A stretch of DNA of 23,656 nt, filler included, from an uncultured Methanosarcinales archaeon (GCA_964566535.1; 10 parts of 10 records of this genome joined end to end with filler, not necessarily neighbours in it); one strand, 5' to 3'. Shown: positions 1 through 8,579, numbered from the whole stretch's first letter. The notes: generated from the sequence alone by a model not told the origin. Made by a program: numbers and translations.

Positions 1-3000
1 CCTGAATTTAATCTGAAGGTTCCTGTTGTTGGGTCGATGAACCAATCTGCTAGGTCTGTCTGGGATCTGTCGTTTATCGGGAAGTAGAATACTCCGTCTT
101 CATGTCCTTCTGGGAAGCAGTCTTCTCTGAGGTTTTGTCTGATTGATCTGTCTGGTTGTAGTGTGAACTTTAAATGGTCATATCTGTAAGAGCTTGTTAC
201 AACTTCGTGTTGGTCTTTGTCTTCTAGGACTCCATTGGTTAATGCTCTTCCGTCATAGAATGTTCTTAGGACTTCGTTATTTTGATTTAGGCAGTCGCAT
301 TCATTACTTTGGTCACATCTGACTCCTGGTCTGTCTAATTCGTCTCTTGAGATGCAAGCTAAGTCGACATCATAGTTGTCCATCTCACAACCTGGGTTAA
401 CCATCCATGAAGATCTGTATTCGTAGCTTGAGTACCCGTTTATTGGGTCAAATGTTAGATATTCTCTTGACCTTGTTGGTGCGATTACTAATGTTGCCAT
501 TGGTGTTGCGTAAGCAACATCTAAGACATCTCTCCAGTCTAAATCTAAGTCATAGCCAAATGCTCCTAAGCATATTTTTCTTGCTACTCCTTCTTCGCCC
601 ATTTCAAAGAAACTGTTAATTTGGGTGTTGCCGTATTCTTGGCCTAGTTCTTCTCCTGCTTCTCCTACTGCTCCGAATACTCCGTCCATTCCTCTGCTGA
701 ATGCCTGGGCAATCTTATTGTCAGATTCATCAAGGCTGACTCCCTGTTCTCCACCAATACATCCTGTTCTTGTCCAGTCAATAAATCTCCATGTTAATGA
801 GCAGACGTATTGCGAGAATATTTCTTTGCAGACTCCTGCGTCTGCAGTTCCTGTTTCTCTGACTTCAATTAAACATGTTTTCATGGCTTCAACCATGTTT
901 CTTAACATGTTTATTCTGTTGTAGATTCCTGATACGCATAGGCACTGGAATGCAGAAGTGTGGCTTTTGAATGGGTCGTGGATTAGTTTTCCGCCTGTTC
1001 CGTCATCATCTGGAGTTCTTAAGAAAACATTTTGGCCAAAGCAGCCCATCCTGTCTCTGCCTTCAACATATCTGTCTGGATTGTATGTGTAATGGCCTTG
1101 GTCTGATTCGTATTTGGTTCTGTGGTAACGGTAATCAAATTTAGGGAAATCATTATCAGTTATTTCATCTTCTTCAAATAATGGGATTTTTATTTTACCG
1201 ATTGTTTTTTCGTCGTCTTTTGTGTAGTATCTTCCTGTTATAATATCGCTCTCAGAAACGCAGCAGCACTCTTTTCTTAAATCTCTTTCTTCTTCTTTTC
1301 CTTTTCCTAGTTCTTTTATAACCTCTTGCTTAGGTGTTGTGTGTGTGGGGAAACAGTCAGATGTAAATCCATAAATTTCTGATTTGTATTCTCTTTCCTT
1401 GTCCAAACTACTCTGGAAAATTGGTGGATAAGTATAATCTTCACCTTCTTTCTTTTCTTCCACTTTATTAATTGCATTACAGTCTTTAACAGTTGTACAA
1501 TATGCGGATTTTTGTTGAGTTGTTTCTGATTGTGAAATTATTGGAACAACAGTTCTTTCTTCTATTTCATATAATGTTTCTCCTTCCTTGAAATATTTGC
1601 CATTTTCTAAAGCAGATCTAATGGTAACTGTAGTAATGGGGTTTTCGTCACTTTCTTTTCTAAATATACCAGCATTCTCTAAAGTAGAAACAGAGGCATA
1701 AGGATTTTCAATTACTCTAGTTGTCTCAGCCCCTCCATTAACTGCCCTTAGTTTTACTTCTATAGTGTTTTTTGCTCCTTTATAGCCTTCTTGATTACAT
1801 ACTTGTTCACAACTTAGGGCTCTTTTTGTAAGGTAGGTTTTGTCATTTTGTTTTATAGCAAATATTTTCCCTTTGTCTGGCCTATTTTCGTTCATCTCTA
1901 ACTCATATATACCTTTATTATTCAGAACTGACTTTTGTCCATCACTAAATTTGTAAACATAACTAGGAATTTTATCTCCTTCACTAAGGCTTACTTCAAA
2001 ACATTCCTCAAAAGGATCTACCCGGAACTCCATAAATGGCTGATACCTTTTTTGCAATGATTTACATTTTGTTTTTCTGATTACCTGGCCTAAGAATCCT
2101 GAATCAACAGCATTACATTTGTTGGATTGCTGCCTTTGCGCATCAACAAGCTCTTTGTCGTCTTTATCTTGAGTCCATTTTGCAGGAGTTTTATGGCAGA
2201 AAACCCTGTCACAAAGTCCTCTGTATGCTTTGTAGAATGTTTCTTCTGCTTTCCAGGCTTTTGCACAGCCAGGTGCGCATACTTCTAAACATTGATTTGG
2301 GAGATCGTCAATTGGAACTAAAGCTGGATTTTGGTCACCTAGACATTCTCTACATGCTTGTTTTTGTGGTGTGTCTGGAGTTGCTACGCTTAGGATTTGT
2401 GTTAATTTAGCTCCGGAGCATGTTATTCTTCTGACAATTGTTAAGACAAACTTAATTCCATAGCTGGCTATGCAGCCCAGACCAACCCATTCTAATACTT
2501 TGTTTACTTTCTCCATTGCAGTTTCTAATGTTTCACTTGCTGTTTGCAGGAAGCTAACTGTATCGTATAACAGGAAATCAGGAAGTTTTGAGAAATCTAT
2601 TCTGCTGTTGTCTAATACGTATGTAACTTCATCACAGGATGTTTGATATGCTGTTCCGGATTTTCCCTGGTCATTTGTCTCTCTAAATGTTATCCTGATT
2701 CTATATGGGAATGACATCTCATTGCTTAATGATTCGTAGAAATTGCTCCAGTCATCCTTCAACCAAGTATCCATTCCTTCTGATTGCGAAAGAGGGCATG
2801 CAAAATACCATGTTCTGTCTGTGCCTGGCAAAGGCCTTCCACTGCAGGAACGCATAATATCGCAGCTTTGGTTGAATCTTGACTGCCGCTTTATGTTGCT
2901 GTCACATACTTTTGATATTGATACTCTTGAGATTTCTGCGGAATTAGCCTGTCCTACATAACTGAAGTTGTAGATGAAATATAATGTTTCAGTCCCTTCA

Positions 3001-4587
3001 GCCAGCCTTTCTGTTGACAGGAATGTTGGTGACTGGAATTTAGTTAAAGGGGTTACTTCCCAGGTAAAGTTGCCAGACCAGCATGTTCCTATGTTATACT
3101 GAGCCAAAGTAGTGCCTTTTTGGCCTGCAATATCCTCTGCAACGAACAATAGTCTTGCTGTTCTTGATTCTTTGTCCTCTCTGCTTAGGTCAAGATCAGA
3201 TGCATCTACTGGTGTAATGCCTAAGCTTATGCCAACACCAGTCATGTCTACATTCTTTATCTTGAAATTACCTGCTTCATCAGCTTTTATGTCATAATCA
3301 GCATTTGACCTACAACTTCCAACACCAATTGCTTTTAGTTTACAATCTGCTCTTAATTCAGGGTCTCTGAAATTCTGGATTTCATCAGGAATTCCAGCTA
3401 ATGTAAACTCAGTATCCATCAAACCGAATGGTGTTCTTTCGATGTAAAGGTAGACATTTGCATTTGGTTCGGTTCTTCCTGTGATATCAACTTCGTCAGC
3501 ATAATGCTCATACATGAATATTCCTGGTTGCGGTGAAGTTATTGAGATTTCAGGCGGAATAGCATCAACCAGTATTGTTTTTGTAAATTCTGCTATGTTT
3601 CCAGCTTTGTCAACTGCTTCTACTTTTAATCTGTAGGTAGCGTCAATATCGAATGTAATTGTTTCGTTTATTGTGTCGTTAGTTAATGTTGTTTTTAATG
3701 GAGTGAAGGGGGATGATAAGTCAATTGGTTCTGGCAGAGTTAGGTCTGTAATGCCTTCTTCTAAAGTGGTTGCTGTTAATGCGGTTGATTTAATTCCTAT
3801 GTTTCCTGCTGTGTCCATCGTAGCAACTTGGTAAGTGTATTCTTGGTTTGAGTTTACGTTTGGATCTGAGAAAGTTAGGTATGCTTTTTGGTCAATTAAC
3901 GCAATTGCTCCGATATCATCTCTATAGATTATGTAGTTTGCAAAATCTTCTTCTTGTGCTTCTGTCCATGAAAATTGGATAAGGTTTTTCTCTGCTTTGT
4001 CTAATGTTAGGCCTTCTGTTTTTGCTGGTGCTGTTGTATCTTCTTCTCCTTCGAATAAAAATATGTTAATTGTTGATTCTTCGTCAACTGTTCCTTCTAT
4101 TGTTAGTTCCTGTTCGCTTATTAAGTCAGGTATTTGAGTTAGTTGCAGGTTAGGCGGGATGATGTCTATTATTATTGAGAATTCTTCTTGATTTATGTTG
4201 TTGTCTAAGTCTGTTGTTTCTATTTTTATTGTATGGGTTGTTCCTGTATGGCCTATGAATATGTCAAGGAAGTTGATTATTCCATCTTCTCCTGTGAAGT
4301 CTCTTGTTTGCTGTGCTGTGGGATTTGGGCTGTTGTCTATGTAGAGCTTGACTATGGAGTGGGGGGTTGTTGTTCCTTCTATTGTTAATTCAGTTGTTGT
4401 TGAGTACTCAGGAATGTTTACGTTGATGAATGGAAGGGTTGGTTCTAGTGGATTTAATGTTTCTAGGGCGTCTACTGTTTCTGGTGGGTCTACTGGTGCT
4501 GCGTCTTGAGCAAAAGCTACAGGGATTAATAGGATTAGGCTTACTATGAATAATGCAATTACCTTCTTTTTTTTGTTTGTCTTATGC
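1..4587 (-). CDS. Giant secreted/surface protein (>=1528 aa, runs off position 1): signal peptide, Ig-like and FN3 domains, then a long Cys-rich region
   Basis: Manual translation from codon 4586 gave no stop down to position 3. N-terminus (M)HKTNKKKKVIALFIVSLILLIPVAFA-QD is a signal peptide, with the ATG apparently cut by the linker. Ig-like motifs (LKVEAVDKAGN, DAIPPEISITSP) and FN3 motif DTTAP..FSW..YIIYR..YTYQVATMDTAGN at ~3765-4040. Many Cys (CRECL, CDRVFC, ECCC, QCLC, ECDC). Absent from the ORF track because no stop lies in the window. Confidence 0.9.
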
Positions 4588-4687
4588 NNNNNNNNNNNNN
4601 NNNNNNNNNNNNNNNNNNNNNNNNNNNNNNNTTAATTAATTAANNNNNNNNNNNNNNNNNNNNNNNNNNNNNNNNNNNNNNNNNNNN
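4588..4687. other. Artificial contig linker
   Basis: 44 N + TTAATTAATTAA (stops in all six frames) + 44 N. Confidence 0.99.
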
Positions 4688-4688
4688 A

Positions 4689-6455
4689 CTAAACGTCTCA
4701 GGACAAGCACTATTCACAAACGGAGATGTAGGTATAGGAACAGATTCACCTTCAGAAGTATTAACAGTAATTGGAAACATAAACTCATCAGGAATAATCA
4801 AAGGAAATGATCTAAACGCTACAACAAGTATAACTCTGGCAGGATCTAGAATCACTTCCTGGGATGATGTTAATGTTAGTGTTGCAAGTGGACCCTTAGC
4901 TTCAGACTACAACAGACAAAACTTCACTGCTGATTACGCATTAGAAGGTTATGATTCAGAAAACTTCACAGAAGATTACGCAGTAAACGGCTTCGACAAT
5001 GAAAACTTCACAACAAGACATGAACTAAGAACTGGACTCTACCAAAAAGCAAACTTCACATCTGACTTATCAGACAGCGGAGTAAGAGCATCAATAGTAA
5101 ACAACATAACAGATGCAAATACATCATTACTTGGCCACTTAAACACACAAGACGCAGCAATCAGAGAAGGAATAACTGGCAACATAACCGAACTATACAA
5201 CGGAACAATCATAAGAGACACAAACACTTCTTGGTTAAATGATGATAATATAGACAACGACTTAACCATCCGAACAGGAAAAGAATTAACAGTTGGAGGA
5301 GGATTCGGCGCAGGTGGTACAACTATAGACCTACTTGGAAATATCAAAACAGAAGGGGATATCTGGTTCTCTGGAAATATAACTGTATTAGATGTAAACA
5401 ACCTACAAGTTAACGGAAGTTTCTATCCAAGCCTAGACAACACATTCAATATAGGAAACGCATCATTAAGATGGAAAAGTGCAAACTTCACAGACACAAT
5501 AGAAGCAGGAACCTTCACTGATGGTACAGCTGTAATAACAGGAGGAGCAATCTCAGTTGCCGGAATCGAAGTTATAGGCAGTGATGGAGAAGTAAACGAT
5601 GCTGCAATCGAAGGAACTATAACCAGAGATTCTGAACTCACTTTAGCAAGAACCTCAATAGTAAACAACATAACTACCTTAGACAACGGAACAATCATAA
5701 GAGACACAAACACTTCTTGGGTCGCATCATCTATAGTAGGAGCAAATGCCAACTTCACAGTATTAAATGTCTCAGGACAAGCACTATTCCCTAACGGCAA
5801 CGTAGGAATCGGAACCTTATCACCAAACTACGAACTAGAAATAGCCAATACATCAGACGATGGAAAAACCCTAAACGTAAGCAGTGTATTGTATGTTAAC
5901 GGAAGTTCAAGCAACGTAGGAATTGGAACATCTGAACCAACAAAAACCCTAACAGTAATAGGAGATATCAATTCATCAGGAGTAATCAAAGGTAATGATT
6001 TAAACGCCACAACAAGTATAACCTTAGCAGGTTCTAGCATTGTCTCTTGGGATGATGTTAATTCATCTGGTGATGGTGGACCTATTGCATCAGACTATAA
6101 CAGGCAAAACTTCACAGATGATTATGCATTAGAAGGATACAAAGCAGAGAACTTCACAGATGATTATGCAGTAAACGGCTACCATAGAGAAAACATGACC
6201 TTAGACTTCGCAAATTCAATAGCAGGCATTAACTCAACCAACACTTCTTGGATAACCGCCACAATGGAAGGAGCAAACGCAAACTTCACAGTATTAAATG
6301 TCTCAGGACAAGCACTATTCGCAAACGGAAATGTTGGAATAGGAACCCTAACACCAACCTCAACATTAGACGTAGCAGGCACAGCAAACATAACAAGTTC
6401 CTCTTCATCATTCGTAGTAGATTCGGACGGAAGTATTGTAATCAACCTTAACTAA
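4689..6455 (+). CDS. C-terminal part (588 aa, 5'-partial) of a fibre/adhesin-like GNVGIGT-repeat protein
   Basis: Frame is open from the contig start (LNVSGQALFTNGDVGIGTDSP...) into the tracked 5889..6455 ORF. Four G(N/D)VGIGT-type motifs, internally duplicated modules and ~35 N-x-S/T sequons by hand count. Ends ...FVVDSDGSIVINLN*. Confidence 0.9.
   Translation, partial: LNVSGQALFTNGDVGIGTDSPSEVLTVIGNINSSGIIKGNDLNATTSITLAGSRITSWDDVNVSVASGPLASDYNRQNFTADYALEGYDSENFTEDYAVNGFDNENFTTRHELRTGLYQKANFTSDLSDSGVRASIVNNITDANTSLLGHLNTQDAAIREGITGNITELYNGTIIRDTNTSWLNDDNIDNDLTIRTGKELTVGGGFGAGGTTIDLLGNIKTEGDIWFSGNITVLDVNNLQVNGSFYPSLDNTFNIGNASLRWKSANFTDTIEAGTFTDGTAVITGGAISVAGIEVIGSDGEVNDAAIEGTITRDSELTLARTSIVNNITTLDNGTIIRDTNTSWVASSIVGANANFTVLNVSGQALFPNGNVGIGTLSPNYELEIANTSDDGKTLNVSSVLYVNGSSSNVGIGTSEPTKTLTVIGDINSSGVIKGNDLNATTSITLAGSSIVSWDDVNSSGDGGPIASDYNRQNFTDDYALEGYKAENFTDDYAVNGYHRENMTLDFANSIAGINSTNTSWITATMEGANANFTVLNVSGQALFANGNVGIGTLTPTSTLDVAGTANITSSSSSFVVDSDGSIVINLN
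4920..5060 (+). repeat. 42-nt/14-aa tandem repeat (NFTxDYAxxGY/Fxxx), also at 6108-6200
   Basis: AAC TTC AC starts at 4920, 4962, 5004 and 5052. The second copy starts at 6108, 6150 and 6192 (the last reads NMT). Confidence 0.85.
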
Positions 6456-6479
6456 GTATTACGGAGTATGTAGTAGTAT

Positions 6480-6584
6480 GCACCAAAAATCGTAGGTTCA
6501 TCAGAAATTGAAAATTTCTGAGTGTGATCAAAAATCTCTGATTTTTGACATTTGGTGTGCTCAGAAATGTAACACATTTCCGAC
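6480..6584. repeat. REP/MITE-like multi-hairpin palindromic element
   Basis: Stems TCAGAAATT/AATTTCTGA (6501-6521), TCAAAAATC/GATTTTTGA (6528-6548) and TCAGAAATGT/ACATTTCCGA (6561-6583). Outer pair CACCAAA/TTTGGTG (6481-6487, 6551-6557). Same terminal motifs as 7893-7983. Confidence 0.8.
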
Positions 6585-6593
6585 ATAGTCAAA

Positions 6594-6728
6594 ATGAAAG
6601 AACGAATAACAATAACAATGGACAAAGAATTACTCAATTGGCTAGATAAAAGAGTAGAAGACCACATCTTCGCAAACAGATCTCACGGTTTTGAATACAT
6701 AATCGCAAAAGAAATAAGAAAAAAATAA
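6594..6728 (+). CDS. Ribbon-helix-helix (CopG/Arc/MetJ) DNA-binding protein, 44 aa
   Basis: MKERITITMDKELLNWLDKRVEDHIFANRSHGFEYIIAKEIRKK: beta-strand ITIT, helix and NRS turn typical of RHH. Below the ORF-track cutoff. Confidence 0.85.
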   Translation: MKERITITMDKELLNWLDKRVEDHIFANRSHGFEYIIAKEIRKK

Positions 6729-7154
6729 CTACTTTTTCTCTAAATATCTTATAAGATAATTAATAATCAAATTAATCTTTAATTTCAACTCTTTCCATGA
6801 CTCTTTTGGCACCTTAGTTCCACGATAGTCTATCTCATTTCTCAATTTTCTCAAATCATGTAAAAATTCAAAATCTAATTCCAAATTATATTTCTCTTCA
6901 ACAAAGTAAAGTAAACAATCATGAGTCTCACTCTTAAATCCCTCTTTGTTAATCAAAGCAGTTAGCAATTCTTTAATCAACTCATAGTATGCTTCAATTA
7001 GGATGGTGGGATAATTTTCAGCAGTTTTCATTACTTTTTTCCAAAACTCCAACTTATACTTAACCAAATTAATAATTTCCAAGCTCCTATCATCTATTTT
7101 CTCTATAGGTTTTATTCTTCTCTCTTTCACACATTGTTCATAATCTCTTTTCAC
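6729..7154 (-). CDS. HEPN-domain protein (toxin partner of an MNT-HEPN pair)
   Basis: AYYELIKELL..G.KSETHDCLL and LRKLRNEIDYRG (R-X4-Y variant). 4-nt GTGA overlap with the upstream MNT gene. Confidence 0.8.
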   Translation of the reverse strand: MKRDYEQCVKERRIKPIEKIDDRSLEIINLVKYKLEFWKKVMKTAENYPTILIEAYYELIKELLTALINKEGFKSETHDCLLYFVEEKYNLELDFEFLHDLRKLRNEIDYRGTKVPKESWKELKLKINLIINYLIRYLEKK

Positions 7155-7672
7155 AATTTTAGCCTCCCATTAAGCGATATCCCATCGTTTAACAACCCAG
7201 TTTTCATACCTTCATTCAAATTTTGCCACTTCTCTTCAAAAAATAAATTAATTTTACGTCCAATCTTTTTCTCAAAAGCACCAATATCAACCTTAATTTT
7301 CTTTGACTGTATCAATATATCTAAATCTGAATCGCTGTAATAATCCCCTCTCGCACAAGAACCAAACAAAATACAAGCTTGATCCCTAAAGGCCTCATTC
7401 AAATATAATGGTAATCCACTAACAAAGAGATCATATAAAATCTTCTCTCGCTTAATATTAAGAAAAAATTTACTCCTATAATTAGCCTCATATGTAGGTC
7501 TTTCCAGATCTTTATGTTTTTTTATCAAACCAAGATTATTAAGATCCTTAAGATATTTTTTAACTGTCTTAAAATCATAACCAGTTTTCTTAATTAATTG
7601 GCTAGTTTGTATCCTATCTAAACCGGTGTAAAAAAACTGTTCAATAACATTAAAAGCGGTTTTATTAAGCAT
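7151..7672 (-). CDS. Winged-HTH + minimal nucleotidyltransferase (MNT antitoxin)
   Basis: ILFGSCARGDYYSDSDLDILI (GS..DxD pol-beta motif). N-terminal HTH QLIKKTGYDFKTVKKYLKDLNNLGLI. Confidence 0.9.
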   Translation of the reverse strand: MLNKTAFNVIEQFFYTGLDRIQTSQLIKKTGYDFKTVKKYLKDLNNLGLIKKHKDLERPTYEANYRSKFFLNIKREKILYDLFVSGLPLYLNEAFRDQACILFGSCARGDYYSDSDLDILIQSKKIKVDIGAFEKKIGRKINLFFEEKWQNLNEGMKTGLLNDGISLNGRLKL

Positions 7673-7678
7673 TTTATT

Positions 7679-7729
7679 GGAATTAATTCCAGTTTAAATG
7701 GAATAATTTCCATATATTTAAATCTTTTG
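7679..7729 (-). promoter_or_regulatory. Archaeal promoter of MNT-HEPN with two palindromic operators
   Basis: Minus-strand TTTAAATA at 7715-7722 preceded by purine-rich CAAAAGA. GGAATTAATTCC (7679-7690) and GGAATAATTTCC (7700-7711) lie 21 bp apart between the TATA and the start. Confidence 0.65.
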
Positions 7730-7835
7730 GAAATTTAAGAAATTTACAAGAAATTTAAGCTTAGAAATTGCTATACAATTTCTTTCGTTTAAATCTTTTG
7801 ATGATAATCCTTCTAATTAGATATAATCAGTTAAA

Positions 7836-7892
7836 AATAGGAATATTTATATATAACTAGATTAAATTAGATAATACTAGATTAAATCTAGT
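7836..7892 (+). promoter_or_regulatory. BRE/TATA promoter with repeated operator upstream of the AbrB-AbrB-fibre operon
   Basis: TTTATATA at 7846-7853. ACTAGATTAAAT at 7856-7867 and 7876-7887, the second within the palindrome ACTAGATT-A-AATCTAGT (7876-7892). Confidence 0.65.
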
Positions 7893-7983
7893 TTTGTCAA
7901 AAACCACTTCCAATGATTAAAGTGGTTTTTGAGCATGCTCAGAAACTTACTGTATTCACAAAGAATAGTAAGTTTCTGACAAA
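7893..7983. repeat. REP/MITE-like double-hairpin palindromic element
   Basis: 13-bp stem TCAAAAACCACTT/AAGTGGTTTTTGA (7897-7932), central GCATGC, 12-bp stem TCAGAAACTTAC/GTAAGTTTCTGA (7939-7979). Terminal inverted TTTGTCA/TGACAAA. Confidence 0.85.
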
Positions 7984-7989
7984 TCTAAG

Positions 7990-8151
7990 ATGGAAGAAGA
8001 ACGAATCTTCGATGCAACAGTAAGCTCGTCCGGTAAGAGTCTAATAGTTACTATTCCTAAATCTAGCACTCAAATCATTTCTCTAAAAGAAGGGAATTTC
8101 GTACAGATTAAAGTCAAAAGAGTAAAATCAAATGCAAGAAAACCAAACTGA
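7990..8151 (+). CDS. AbrB/MazE/SpoVT-family DNA-binding protein, 53 aa (copy 1)
   Basis: MEEERIFDATVSSSGKSLIVTIPKSSTQIISLKEGNFVQIKVKRVK...: GxSL.VTIPK...L..G..V swapped-hairpin signature. Below the track cutoff. Confidence 0.85.
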   Translation: MEEERIFDATVSSSGKSLIVTIPKSSTQIISLKEGNFVQIKVKRVKSNARKPN

Positions 8152-8302
8152 AGAATTTAGAATATTCGATGCTAACGTAAGCTCGTCAGGAAAGAGTTTG
8201 ATAGTTACTATTCCTAAATCCACTTGTCAGATATTATCCTTGGGTGAAGGAGATTTTGTCCAAATCAAAGTTAAAGCTGTAAAGGTAAAGCCAAGAAAAT
8301 GA
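8132..8302 (+). CDS. AbrB/MazE/SpoVT-family DNA-binding protein, 56 aa (copy 2)
   Basis: MQENQTEEFRIFDANVSSSGKSLIVTIPKSTCQILSLGEGDFVQIKVKAVKVKPRK. Overlaps copy 1 by 20 nt and the next gene by ATGA. Confidence 0.85.
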   Translation: MQENQTEEFRIFDANVSSSGKSLIVTIPKSTCQILSLGEGDFVQIKVKAVKVKPRK

Positions 8303-8477
8303 AAAACCAAAAAATGTTCCAAAGAAAAGGACTCATCCTCCTTATTTGGCTTATCTTTACAGCATTACTTTCATTTAACGTATTAGCAAAAGATTTCATC
8401 ATCCAAAACAACTCAAAGAACGTTTTCATAATCAACGGAACCTTAGGAAACATTATCTTAAACCCAGACTATGGTAA
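8299..8477 (+). CDS. N-terminus of a secreted protein, probably another fibre-family gene (3'-partial)
   Basis: Signal peptide MKNQKMFQRKGLILLIWLIFTALLSFNVLA, then KDFIIQNNSKNVFIINGTLGNIILNPDYG with two sequons. FIINGTLGNI resembles the LYINTSSGNI lead-in to GIG motifs in the other fibre fragments. Confidence 0.7.
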
Positions 8478-8577
8478 NNNNNNNNNNNNNNNNNNNNNNN
8501 NNNNNNNNNNNNNNNNNNNNNTTAATTAATTAANNNNNNNNNNNNNNNNNNNNNNNNNNNNNNNNNNNNNNNNNNNN
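8478..8577. other. Artificial contig linker
   Basis: 44 N + TTAATTAATTAA + 44 N. Confidence 0.99.
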
Positions 8578-8579
8578 CG

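Noticed and set aside
407..3297. Five short plus-strand ORFs in the track
   Set aside because: They are antisense shadows of the giant minus-strand gene.
4632..4643. TTAATTAATTAA recurring nine times as a possible biological repeat
   Set aside because: It is always centred in 44+44 N, so it is a synthetic six-frame stop linker.
4765..6200. Possible diversity-generating retroelement TR/VR pair
   Set aside because: Differences include many C/T synonymous changes rather than adenine-only substitutions, both copies are in one ORF, and no reverse transcriptase is seen.
4640..6451. Minus-strand ORFs with repeated PIPT motifs (also 18372-18632, 19470-19808) and the alternate-frame ORF 6248-6451
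   Set aside because: They are antisense or off-frame readings of the VGIG repeats in the real fibre genes.
6452..6667. 71-aa minus-strand ORF
   Set aside because: It is read-through of the palindromic element and antisense to a convincing RHH gene.
6480..7983. Palindromes as CRISPR repeats, attC sites, tRNAs or terminators
   Set aside because: There is no repeat-spacer periodicity or cas gene, no clear paired RYYYAAC/GTTRRRY ends or integrase, and no cloverleaf or T-loop. They lie just upstream of start codons.
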